Program-made: the position numbers and the translations under genes
Assembly: GCA_963701085.1 (NCBI GenBank)
Contig: OY969561.1
Location: forward strand, 1-64,000
Length of the DNA stretch: 64,000 nt
Origin: an uncultured bacterium
GTDB taxonomy: Bacteria; Babelota; Babeliae; Babelales; Vermiphilaceae
Direction: 5' to 3'
Shown here: positions 32,964 through 42,257 of the stretch, in pieces
How the letters are laid out: every line of letters begins with the position of its first letter
How positions within the stretch are numbered: position 1 is the stretch's first letter
The notes under the pieces: model-generated
What the model was told of the DNA's origin: nothing
The model's input: the letters and a program-made list of their open reading frames with translations, nothing else
The model's database searches: none

Positions 32964-33126
32964 CCTCCAGTTTGGTTGAAATATTAGCTTCTATATACTA
33001 TTATATTATACTATTTGAAATAATTCAACAGGGTGGGTGAAAGCACGATCAGGACGTATAAAAGCGGTTAATTAGGGGTAAAATTAAAGAAAATCCCCAG
33101 TATATACCGAGGATTTTGGTTGTTAT
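32964..33126 (-). repeat. Repeated terminator-promoter-RBS module, copy 2
   Basis: Direct repeat of 32486-32646. Confidence 0.85.
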
Positions 33127-33154
33127 GAGGTCATAATACGCAGCTGGATGCTCT

Positions 33155-34015
33155 TTAATTAAACGAAAATTGCATGCATACAGGGTTGTGGTCACTGGTA
33201 GCTTCACTACTCTCACCACATAATTTGTAGGTTTTTATGTTAAATGCACTGTTAGGTTTAACAAGAATATGATCAATTTCAACGGGGTTCCCTTTTTTGA
33301 GATGCGTAGCAATATGTTGATTGGCTTCTTTTGCTACAGTTCGTGCATGGGTAAAACCAGATTCAGAAAGAGTTGTTTGCATACCGTTAGTAAATGTTGT
33401 GTTTAAATCACCCATCAAAATAACCGGTTTTTTATTACAACGTTTTTCACTATCGGCGATGATATTTTTTATTTGTATAATGCGATTGTCTTGGTTTCTA
33501 TGGTCAAGATGTGTGTTATAGATATAAAATTCTTTGCCAGTTGCTTTTTCTTTTAAAAGAGCCCACGTGCAAATGCGTGGTAGTGATTGCAGGTGCCATT
33601 TTGTGTTGTCATTAATACCAAAGGTATTACTATCAATGAGTTCTATTTTATCCTGATTATAGAAAATAGGGTTATGTTCATCCGTGGCAGCTTTCATGGT
33701 AACATAATGCCATAATTTTCCCATATGAGTACTGCGTGGTTTTCCGACATGACCGTAATTTGGTAATGTTTTTTTTATATCATCAAATTGATTGTTATCC
33801 TTAATAACTTCTTGAAAACCATAAATATCAGCATTCATATTTTTGATTATATTGCATACTCCTTGTTGACGCTTTGGCCAATTACCTTCTTTTGCAAACC
33901 ATCCCTTTGTTCCCCCATGTAATACATTATAGGTACCTGTGGTTAAAGCTTTGAGTGGCATAAAAATGGTGTTGCCTATAAGTAGGCTGATAATAATTGA
34001 TAAGTAGTTTTTCAT
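33155..34015 (-). CDS. Secreted endonuclease/exonuclease/phosphatase (EEP) family protein
   Basis: TYNV, GFQEV, NTHLD, MGDLN, IDHI, SDH motifs; signal peptide. Confidence 0.9.
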   Translation of the reverse strand: MKNYLSIIISLLIGNTIFMPLKALTTGTYNVLHGGTKGWFAKEGNWPKRQQGVCNIIKNMNADIYGFQEVIKDNNQFDDIKKTLPNYGHVGKPRSTHMGKLWHYVTMKAATDEHNPIFYNQDKIELIDSNTFGINDNTKWHLQSLPRICTWALLKEKATGKEFYIYNTHLDHRNQDNRIIQIKNIIADSEKRCNKKPVILMGDLNTTFTNGMQTTLSESGFTHARTVAKEANQHIATHLKKGNPVEIDHILVKPNSAFNIKTYKLCGESSEATSDHNPVCMQFSFN

Positions 34016-34020
34016 ACGAT

Positions 34021-34118
34021 CTCCTGTTTTGGTTAAAATATTAGCTTCTATATACTATTATATATCAATCTGAAATAAGTCAATAAGGGTGGCCAAAAAG
34101 AGCGATCTGTACGTATAA
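34021..34118 (-). repeat. Promoter-RBS module, partial copy 3
   Basis: TTTGGTTAAAATATTAGCTTCTATATACTATTATATAT identical to copy 1, plus TGAAATAAGTCAAT and CGATC..ACGTATAA. Confidence 0.8.
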
Positions 34119-34262
34119 TTATATATTTTTATGTTTATAAAAGGCATAGAAAACTGACAAATGGGGCTATTTTTATGAAAAAGGGCCTGATGGTGGACAA
34201 TTTTTTGCTTTTTTTAGATGCTAATAAGAGAAAATTTGTACCATCTATAAAAAGGAAAAATT

Positions 34263-36020
34263 ATGCAATCGCAAGGGGCATTAGCATTTATTAAGCAGGT
34301 CACAAAGCCTTTCAGATTTTATATTGCAGGAATGGTATTTGTTGCATTTGTCTGGGCATTATTGATTAACGTGCAACCATATATTGTAAAGCTTATTTTG
34401 AATGTAGCAATGACTGATCATGATAATCTTGCAAACCAACTTGCATTGCTGATGGGGTTATATCTTGCTTCTGAGTTTATTTATGTTCTTATTTTTAGAG
34501 TATACGATTGGATTGTACTTAAGTTTATTCCTGCACTTAAAGCAGAGTTATGCCTTGTTCTTATGGATACAATGATGAATCACTCTCATAATTTTTATCA
34601 ACGTCAATTTGCGGGAAGCCTAACAACGCGGATTACCGATATTATTGGTGGAATTCCTGATGTTTTACGTTTGGTGATTGATCGCTTATTGGCATGCTCA
34701 TTGATGTTGCTATTCGCATTGTATAACATATCAAGAATTCATATGAAATTTACCATAGCATTAGGGTTATGGGTATTTTTGTTTTTAGGGATTTCAGTTA
34801 TTCTTGTTTTTCGCAATCAACATTTAGCATACAATGTTGCCGGAGCTCGTGCTGCGGTAATAGGTGTTGTTGCTGATATTCTAACCAATATGACCGGTAT
34901 TCGGTTTTTTGCGAGTAAACGGTTTGAGCTTTCTTATTTGAAGCGCACTGTTGATTTTTCTACTGAAAAAAATCAGGCACGTGATTGGTTTTTTTTGAAA
35001 TTACATGCATTTCAAGGGGGATCTTTTTTATTGTTTCAAGCAGTTTGTTTTTGGTGGTTGCTTGGTGGGTTGGTGAGTAAAACAATTACGCCGGGCGACT
35101 TTATTTTGGTACTCACCTTGAATTTGCATATTATTGAGAATTTTTGGAATATCGCAAAAGATATGCGCGATTTTTGGGAAAAAATGGGAAATATTGTGCA
35201 AGGGCTTGCGGTTATTCAAACTCCTGCTGATATACAAGATAGTCCTGATGCGAAAGAACTTGTTGTCACCAAAGGTGAGATTGTATTTGAGAATGTACAG
35301 TTTCAGTACCATGCTGCTGAATCATTGTTTGAGCACAGATCAGTAGTCATCAAACCAGGTCAAAAGGTTGGGTTGGTTGGGTACTCTGGTAGTGGTAAAT
35401 CAACGTTTGTTAATTTAATTTTACGATTGTTTGATGTTACCGCGGGTAAAATTATGATTGATGGTCAGGATATCCGTAACGTCACACAAGATAGTTTGCA
35501 TGAAGCTATTGCGATGATTCCGCAAGATCCATCGTTGTTTCACCGATCATTATATGAAAATATTTTATATGGTCGTAGGAACGCAACTCAAGAGGAAGTA
35601 ATTGCAGCGGCAAAACGTGCGTATGCACAAGAATTTATTGTAACATTATCGCAGGGGTATGATACACAAGTTGGTGAGCGTGGTGTGCGTCTTTCTGGTG
35701 GGCAGCGGCAGCGTATTGCCATTGCGCGTGCAATATTGAAAAATGCGCCAATTCTTATTCTTGATGAAGCAACAAGTCAACTTGATTCGGTAACAGAGAG
35801 TGAAATTCAAGATAGTATATGGGATTTGATGCAGAATAAAACAACATTGATCATAGCACACCGTCTTTCTACGTTACTTCATATGGATCGCATTCTCGTT
35901 TTTGATCAAGGCACTATTGTAGAAGATGGTTCTCATGAAGAGCTGCTTGAAAAAGACGGCCTCTATAAAAAGCTGTGGGAAGCCCAAATTGGTGGCTTTT
36001 TACTTGATGATGCTGAGTAA
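34263..36020 (+). CDS. ABC exporter, fused permease and ATP-binding domains
   Basis: TM domain; GYSGSGKS, LSGGQRQR, ILDEATS, AHRLST. Confidence 0.95.
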   Translation: MQSQGALAFIKQVTKPFRFYIAGMVFVAFVWALLINVQPYIVKLILNVAMTDHDNLANQLALLMGLYLASEFIYVLIFRVYDWIVLKFIPALKAELCLVLMDTMMNHSHNFYQRQFAGSLTTRITDIIGGIPDVLRLVIDRLLACSLMLLFALYNISRIHMKFTIALGLWVFLFLGISVILVFRNQHLAYNVAGARAAVIGVVADILTNMTGIRFFASKRFELSYLKRTVDFSTEKNQARDWFFLKLHAFQGGSFLLFQAVCFWWLLGGLVSKTITPGDFILVLTLNLHIIENFWNIAKDMRDFWEKMGNIVQGLAVIQTPADIQDSPDAKELVVTKGEIVFENVQFQYHAAESLFEHRSVVIKPGQKVGLVGYSGSGKSTFVNLILRLFDVTAGKIMIDGQDIRNVTQDSLHEAIAMIPQDPSLFHRSLYENILYGRRNATQEEVIAAAKRAYAQEFIVTLSQGYDTQVGERGVRLSGGQRQRIAIARAILKNAPILILDEATSQLDSVTESEIQDSIWDLMQNKTTLIIAHRLSTLLHMDRILVFDQGTIVEDGSHEELLEKDGLYKKLWEAQIGGFLLDDAE

Positions 36021-36114
36021 GTTCATTATGTTGGTTGAGTTTGATCAATGATTTTTTATATGGTAGTGTCATTTTTGATAGTAGTTTAGGAGTAGTTTTT
36101 TTAAGGAGCATGCA

Positions 36115-37242
36115 ATGCAAAAAAAAATGATTGCTAGGTCTTCACAAGTTATGTTGTCTGTTTTGGTGTTATCATTTCCCTTATCGTCTCAGGGCTCAAT
36201 TGCCTATATTCCTCAGGCATTAAGAGAATGTATTAGTGTGGCACATGAAATTACTGAAGCCTCAAGTGATACAAGAAATTTGCAAGAGTTGCACGCAATG
36301 ATTAAAGAAAACAGGATTCTTGCATCTGATAATATGACGCGTATGGCGGTAAAAGAAGCATTTAATGTTATAGAAGCACATAAAAATGACTTTAGAGATA
36401 ACAAACAACATGCAGCAATCAAAAAATATTTGAAGGAATATGTTAAGAGCTTAGATAATGCATCGATACTGCTTGCTATTCAAGGTGAAGGTTCTCGTTT
36501 TGCATCGTGGCCAATATCTTTCGTTGCACGTAGCTTGCCTGGTTATTCGGTTGATAGGGATATGATGCATTTAAGTAGCGAATTAGCTTCGACAAACAAT
36601 ATACAATTATGTGGAAATGTTGCAGCGCATTCTCCTTTGTATAATGATTTAAATACGCGTATTCTAGCAAATGTTTTGAAGAATTTTCAGGTGAATAGTT
36701 CAAAAGACCCAAGCATTATTATTTCTTCTACTATGATGACTAATTCATTATCAAACAATCCTAATGTAATTTTTGGAACAGGTGTTTCTTCCCCAATTAT
36801 TAATACATGGTCGATGGCGCCAAGCACATCAGTGCAATCTCCTATTAATATGCAGTTTTCAATCCCTGCAGATTTAAAAATAGAAGAAGAAATATCGTTA
36901 GAATTGCATTTCTTAGTCAAGCAGCAGCTGGCTCCTGCGGGTAAGGTGTGTATTAGAGTTGATGCTAAATATATGCATAATAACGCGGATTTTGATATTT
37001 TAGCTTCGGATCCGATATTTAATTATACAAATAATTCCAGTAACTTTAAGATTACAGAGCCAAGCTCAGCTGATAGTCTTAAACATGTATCCATAGTAAT
37101 TCCACTTCAATATGCAGTAATAAAAAACTTAGATTTGGCGTTTTTGTCTCTTACACGTATTGCGCCAGTTGCGAGTGCGGAGTATGAGCAAGATATTTAT
37201 TTGGCATCTGCTGTATTTAGATATACACGTATTGATCTTTAA
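36115..37242 (+). CDS. Secreted hypothetical protein A
   Basis: AAGGAG RBS, signal peptide; paralogous to 37787-38866 (AY.PQ.LREC, ENR.LA.D, SWP, P.N.QF.IP.D, SAVF.YT). Confidence 0.8.
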   Translation: MQKKMIARSSQVMLSVLVLSFPLSSQGSIAYIPQALRECISVAHEITEASSDTRNLQELHAMIKENRILASDNMTRMAVKEAFNVIEAHKNDFRDNKQHAAIKKYLKEYVKSLDNASILLAIQGEGSRFASWPISFVARSLPGYSVDRDMMHLSSELASTNNIQLCGNVAAHSPLYNDLNTRILANVLKNFQVNSSKDPSIIISSTMMTNSLSNNPNVIFGTGVSSPIINTWSMAPSTSVQSPINMQFSIPADLKIEEEISLELHFLVKQQLAPAGKVCIRVDAKYMHNNADFDILASDPIFNYTNNSSNFKITEPSSADSLKHVSIVIPLQYAVIKNLDLAFLSLTRIAPVASAEYEQDIYLASAVFRYTRIDL

Positions 37243-37258
37243 ACAAAAGTATTAATTC

Positions 37259-37295
37259 AAAAAGCCTCATCTGTAAAAGGATGAGGCTTTTTTTT
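37259..37295. terminator. Intrinsic terminator
   Basis: AAAGCCTCATC-loop-GATGAGGCTTTTT; related copy at 38886-38917. Confidence 0.8.
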
Positions 37296-37387
37296 AGAGA
37301 GGAAAAAGATCATAGAAAGTTTCGCTTTTTGTAATAGATTGAGAGTTTTTTTATGCGTTCAATAATTTCTGAAGTTGAAATTCCTTT
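37294..37387 (-). pseudogene. Duplicated 3' fragment of the LicD-cytidylyltransferase gene
   Basis: Near-identical to 38918-39010. Confidence 0.9.
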
Positions 37388-37718
37388 TGCCATTGCGCGT
37401 GCAATATTGAAAAATGCGCCAATTCTTATTCTTGATGAAGCAACAAGTCAGCTTGATTCGGTAACAGAGAGTGAAATTCAAGATAGTATATGGGATTTGA
37501 TGCAGAATAAAACAACATTGATCATAGCGCACCGTCTTTCTACGTTACTTCATATGGATCGCATTCTCGTTTTTGATCAAGGCACTATTGTGGAGGATGG
37601 TTCTCATGAAGAGCTGCTCGAAAAAGACGGCCTCTATAAAAAGTTGTGGGAAGCCCAAATTGGTGGCTTTTTGATAGATAATGGCGATGAGATTGTTCAT
37701 CATACATGGAGTAATTGA
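37387..37718 (+). pseudogene. Duplicated 3' fragment of the ABC exporter gene with an alternative C-terminus
   Basis: 37387-37672 near-identical to 35716-36001 ([20 protein letters not shown]...WEAQIGGFL). Confidence 0.9.
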
Positions 37719-37786
37719 TTAATGATTTCTAATGTGATAGGTTTCTTTTTGATAGTATTTATTAATTTTTCTAAAAAGGAGAAAAG

Positions 37787-38866
37787 ATGCAAGAAAAAAT
37801 TGTTTCTAGATTTTCAAAAATAGTAATACCAGCTATTTTGTTGTCCCTTCATATGCAATCTTTTGGAGTTGTTGCATATATGTCTCAAACGTTAAGAGAA
37901 TGTATAGCTGTAGTTTATGAACGAGCTGGATCTAATTGTCGTAAGCAAGCATTAGAAGAATTATATGAGGCTATTAGAGAAAATAGAATGTTGGCTCCTG
38001 ATACTATTGTTTCTCAGGGGATAGCAGAAGCTATTGAAGTTATTAATTCGTCTAATCGCAGTAATCAAAGAGAAATCATTCAATATTTAGAACAATACCT
38101 TAATAATTTAAATGACAGAGGCGTATTGCTTGCTCTTAATGGAGATATGTCTCGAGTCAGATCATGGCCATTGGGATTAATTGAACGTTCTATGATGTTA
38201 GATCAGAGAGAAGCGTGTGATTTGTTGCGTTTAAGTAATGAATTATCATGTAATTTAATATTTTGTGGTAGTGAAGAGAATGGAGTTTCATTAGATGCGT
38301 CCGTAATGAAGAATATTAAACGAGCTTTTACTGATCCATCAATTAATTTTAGGCCGAATGGTATGACTAATTCACAGTCATTAACACCGACCATTATTCT
38401 TGGTGGCACTGGTGTTAATTCTCCTGTTATTAATGGATGGGCTTTAACTCCGAATGATCTGCAATTCCCCGTTAATGTGCAATTTGTGATTCCTGATGAT
38501 TTTGCAAGTCATCAACCAGTAAGCTTAGAACTTGGTTTTTTGATACCAAATAATGGACTTGTTAATGGATATGCAAATTTTTTAGTACAAGCAAAATATT
38601 TAGATTCAAAGCATAGTTTTAATCCTAATGATGTTAGTTGGACGCATGCAAATACATCCGGTAATATAAAAATAACAGAAGCTTCAAATTCAGATAATGT
38701 AAAATATATGCTTATTAATATTCCTCTTTCAAAATCACATATAAAACCTGGTTATTTTGCAATGTTAAGTGTTTCTCGCACATCGCCAACGGGTGGTAAA
38801 TCTGAATATGCTGGTGATCTTTCGCTTGTATCAGCAGTATTCAAATATACATCGCTAAGTAACTAA
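37787..38866 (+). CDS. Secreted hypothetical protein B (diverged paralogue of A)
   Basis: AAGGAG RBS, signal peptide, motifs shared with 36115-37242. Confidence 0.8.
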   Translation: MQEKIVSRFSKIVIPAILLSLHMQSFGVVAYMSQTLRECIAVVYERAGSNCRKQALEELYEAIRENRMLAPDTIVSQGIAEAIEVINSSNRSNQREIIQYLEQYLNNLNDRGVLLALNGDMSRVRSWPLGLIERSMMLDQREACDLLRLSNELSCNLIFCGSEENGVSLDASVMKNIKRAFTDPSINFRPNGMTNSQSLTPTIILGGTGVNSPVINGWALTPNDLQFPVNVQFVIPDDFASHQPVSLELGFLIPNNGLVNGYANFLVQAKYLDSKHSFNPNDVSWTHANTSGNIKITEASNSDNVKYMLINIPLSKSHIKPGYFAMLSVSRTSPTGGKSEYAGDLSLVSAVFKYTSLSN

Positions 38867-38885
38867 CCTGGAATTAATAGTATAG

Positions 38886-38917
38886 AAAAAAGCCTCATCC
38901 GCAGATGAGGCTTTTTT
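38886..38917. terminator. Bidirectional intrinsic terminator
   Basis: AAAAAAGCCTCATC-CGCA-GATGAGGCTTTTTT. Confidence 0.85.
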
Positions 38918-40069
38918 CTATAGAGGAAAAAGATCATAGAAAGTTTCGCTTTTTGTAATAGATTGAGAGTTTTTTATGCGCTCAATAATTTCTGAGGTTG
39001 AAATTCCTTTGGTGTAGGGTGTTATTCGCATAATATTCATAGCTAATGGGTCAGCAAAGTAAGTTTGGAGTGTGCTTGTGGCAAAATCATCACCATGAAC
39101 TACAAAATCAATATTATGAAGTTTAATAAAATCTTTGGTGGGAGCGAGTGGTGCAGAGCAAATAATTTCATCAACATATTTGCATCCGGCCATTACTTGG
39201 GCTCGTTCGTCTTGTCGTAAAATGGGTTGTCTTTTGTATGCGGTTGCTACATCATCAGGTATTAATCCTACGATCAGATGTGTTCCAAGAGCACGTGCTT
39301 GTTTGAGAAATGCTACATGACCATAATGGAATAGGTCGCCTACCATGCTTGCATAGACGCGGATGGAATCTGTTGATTTTTTTAACACGCGATTATGAAG
39401 TGGGCCAGTTGGTTGAGCGGCAATCATATCATCTGTGGTAAGTTCTCGTTCTTCTTGAATATTAAAAAAATGGTTCCATATTTTTCCGTAATGTGGCCAA
39501 TTTGGTGAAAATGATGCATTAAGATAGGGAATTGGATTGTTTGGTCCTAATACTATTGTTTCTCCAAAAGTATAAACTCGCAAGGGATAAAGCTCTTGTT
39601 TTGTTATATAGATTGGTTGATCATCTCTTTGCATCCAATGTTGTTCATAATAAATTTTGTCATTTTTTTCTATGGTTAAAAAGATATCTATACAAGGAGA
39701 ACCTTTGAGTTCGCCAAAGGTAAAGACTTCTTGATTTGTGATTTTGTAGCCAAACCATACCGGTGTTATTCCGTAATTGAGCCGTTGAAAGTCGGGAAGT
39801 AATGAAACAAATAGTTCTTCATCATCTAATTTGATATTGATATCAATATCATCATCCCAGGGAATAATTCCTTTGTGCCGAACTGCGCCCAGTAATGTTC
39901 CTCCTTGGATCCAGTATTCAAGTTTGTTAAGCGTAAAAAGTTCATGGGTGTCTTTCATGAGTTGGTATAGGTGAAGATACCATGCATCAGGCATTAATTG
40001 GTTGTTCTGTGTAGCACCACATAAAGTGAATAGATATAAAAAAGTAATGAGTAGAGTAGTTTTATGCAT
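38918..40069 (-). CDS. LicD-family phosphotransferase fused to a cytidylyltransferase domain
   Basis: YWIQGGTLLGAVRHKGIIPWDDDID (LicD); DLFHYGH (HxGH), [22 protein letters not shown] (CTP_transf_like); signal-like N-terminus. Confidence 0.9.
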   Translation of the reverse strand: MHKTTLLITFLYLFTLCGATQNNQLMPDAWYLHLYQLMKDTHELFTLNKLEYWIQGGTLLGAVRHKGIIPWDDDIDINIKLDDEELFVSLLPDFQRLNYGITPVWFGYKITNQEVFTFGELKGSPCIDIFLTIEKNDKIYYEQHWMQRDDQPIYITKQELYPLRVYTFGETIVLGPNNPIPYLNASFSPNWPHYGKIWNHFFNIQEERELTTDDMIAAQPTGPLHNRVLKKSTDSIRVYASMVGDLFHYGHVAFLKQARALGTHLIVGLIPDDVATAYKRQPILRQDERAQVMAGCKYVDEIICSAPLAPTKDFIKLHNIDFVVHGDDFATSTLQTYFADPLAMNIMRITPYTKGISTSEIIERIKNSQSITKSETFYDLFPL

Positions 40070-41090
40070 ATTGTTTTTCCGTTATGGTTGGTTGATTTAT
40101 TATGTGATTATATAAGTTATTATATTTTGAACAGTCGGCAGTAACATGTTTTACATCTCCTGGTCGTGCTGGCATAAATAAAAATTCATTGTTGTAGGTT
40201 GGATGTTTTTTTTTCAATATATCGATGATATCAAAAATGGTGCTGCTTTTTCCTGTTGCAATATTAAACAGTTCGCCTTGCATAAGTTTTTTTTCACACA
40301 TGCCAAAGAGTATGTTTGCTTCAACAACAGTTTCTACTGGTACATAGTCACGTGTTTGTGTGCCATCACCAAAAATAGTGAGAGGAAGATTATGTTTCAT
40401 GTTGTGCATGAATTTTGCAATGACACCAGCGTAGCTTGCTTGTGGATTTTGACGGAGACCGTAAACATTAAAATAGCGCATTACGACCGTTTCCATATTA
40501 AATGCTTGAGCATATTCTTTGCAGTATAGCTCTCCTATGAGTTTTGAAAAACCGTAAGGGGATATTGGATTTGGTTGTTTTGTTTCAGTGCATTGACCGG
40601 TAGTGTCTCCATAGGTGGCACATGTTGAAGAGAAAACAAAACGTTTAACGCCATTAATGCGTGCAGCTTCAAGCAAGTTTTGTGTTCCAGTGACATTGAT
40701 GGTATGACATTTTTGAGGATCTTCCATGGATCCTGGTACAGATACAAATGCAGCAAGGTGAAAAATAATTTTTTTATTATGCGTTGCTATTAAACATGTT
40801 TCTAAATCGGTGATGCTGCCACAAATGAGAGTAACTTTATCCTTTACGGTAGCAATATTATTTTCATTGCCGGTACTTAAATCATCTAATATTGATACTT
40901 TTGCGCCAAGGTCAACCAGTTTTTCAACAAGATGAGATCCAATAAATCCGCAGCCTCCGGTCACGAGCACAGGAACTCCTTTATAGATATTTTCATATAT
41001 GTTGGCATGTAATCCTATAAAGTTGGTTAATATAGTTAATAGCGTTACAAAGGCTATTGCCGACAGATTAACATTAAAAATATATTTCAT
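40062..41090 (-). CDS. NAD-dependent nucleotide-sugar epimerase/dehydratase (WbpP/GalE-like SDR)
   Basis: VTGGCGFIGSH, YGFSK (YxxxK), RYFNVYG, GDGTQTRD; hydrophobic N-terminal extension. Confidence 0.92.
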   Translation of the reverse strand: MKYIFNVNLSAIAFVTLLTILTNFIGLHANIYENIYKGVPVLVTGGCGFIGSHLVEKLVDLGAKVSILDDLSTGNENNIATVKDKVTLICGSITDLETCLIATHNKKIIFHLAAFVSVPGSMEDPQKCHTINVTGTQNLLEAARINGVKRFVFSSTCATYGDTTGQCTETKQPNPISPYGFSKLIGELYCKEYAQAFNMETVVMRYFNVYGLRQNPQASYAGVIAKFMHNMKHNLPLTIFGDGTQTRDYVPVETVVEANILFGMCEKKLMQGELFNIATGKSSTIFDIIDILKKKHPTYNNEFLFMPARPGDVKHVTADCSKYNNLYNHIINQPTITEKQYA

Positions 41091-41307
41091 TATTTGTCCT
41101 TAATAATATGTATTGTTTTTTTTATATTGATCTTAAGTAAGATGATATGGCAAATCATAGATATAATTTTAGTTCATAGTCAGATGATTGAGTTATAAAC
41201 GTTTTTGTTGGTGAATAAATATAATATTGTTGTAGTCGATTTTGTTTTTTTTGAATGATAGAACTTATATAAGAGTTTTTTTAATTGTATAACTAAAGGA
41301 GTGTTGT

Positions 41308-42177
41308 ATGAAGTTACACTTTTTAAGCAGCAGTATGCTGTGTTTGTTCATAGTAAGTAGTACTGTATTGGCGCATAATACTAATCAGAGTGTTCTACAA
41401 AATAGTGGAAATAATTATACACCAATCGAATGTACTATAATTCCAAAGCATCAATCAGAAAGTAATATTTCACATCCGCATATACCAGGCCCTCGGACAT
41501 CACGAGTTCCAAGTCATCAAGCCTCAAGTACTAACTGGAGTGGCTATGCAGCTGAAACTAATTTCAGTCATCCTCAAAAAAATTCAGTTTCTGCCGTGTC
41601 TGGATCATGGATTGTTCCAACAATTGTAGCAACAGGAATTGACGATTATGCCGCCTTATGGGTAGGTATTGATGGATATAGTACTTCCACCGTTGAACAA
41701 ATAGGCACGGAACATGATTCTATTGGTGGTATTCAGCAAGATTATGCATGGTTTGAAATGTATCCAGGAGGAAGTTATCTTATTAGTGGTTTTCCACTTA
41801 ATCCGGGAGATGTAATTAGCGCATCAGTAGTATTTATTGGACATAATACTTTTGTTATGACATTGATGAATGATACACGACAAGTATCTTTTACTGTTCC
41901 AACCCAATATACCAAATCATCAACAGCATTGAGAGAATCTGCTGAGTGGATTGTAGAAGCGCCGTATTACAATGGTATATTGCCATTAAGTGATTTTGTA
42001 ACGGCCTATATGTTTGGTTGTATGGCAACTATCAATGGTGCTACTGGTCCAATAGGTAATCACTCATGGCAAAATATTGGTATTGAAATGGTAACCAATA
42101 ATGGTATGTCAAAAGATCTTACTTCGCCATTATTGCCAGATAAGGGATCTTTCTTTGTTACATGGCATCATCAATAA
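41308..42177 (+). CDS. Secreted glutamic peptidase, family G1 (eqolisin-like)
   Basis: SSTNWSGY, WVGIDG, EQIGT (catalytic Gln), AWFEMYP, SAEWIVE (catalytic Glu); signal peptide and propeptide. Confidence 0.88.
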   Translation: MKLHFLSSSMLCLFIVSSTVLAHNTNQSVLQNSGNNYTPIECTIIPKHQSESNISHPHIPGPRTSRVPSHQASSTNWSGYAAETNFSHPQKNSVSAVSGSWIVPTIVATGIDDYAALWVGIDGYSTSTVEQIGTEHDSIGGIQQDYAWFEMYPGGSYLISGFPLNPGDVISASVVFIGHNTFVMTLMNDTRQVSFTVPTQYTKSSTALRESAEWIVEAPYYNGILPLSDFVTAYMFGCMATINGATGPIGNHSWQNIGIEMVTNNGMSKDLTSPLLPDKGSFFVTWHHQ

Positions 42178-42257
42178 AAAAATTTTTATGAAATTGTTTT
42201 TATTGCCCCATTATTTGATTAGGTGGGGCATTTTTTTTAATTAATAAAGGAGGGATA

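Noticed and set aside
32486-34118. CRISPR array or integron attC array
   Set aside because: Repeats are ~160 bp with promoter/RBS content separated by whole genes; no cas or integrase gene, and I could not identify attC R/L boxes.
37353-37718. 121-aa ORF as a functional small ABC protein
   Set aside because: It is a chimera of antisense licD' sequence and the ABC 3' fragment, and lacks Walker A and the signature motif.
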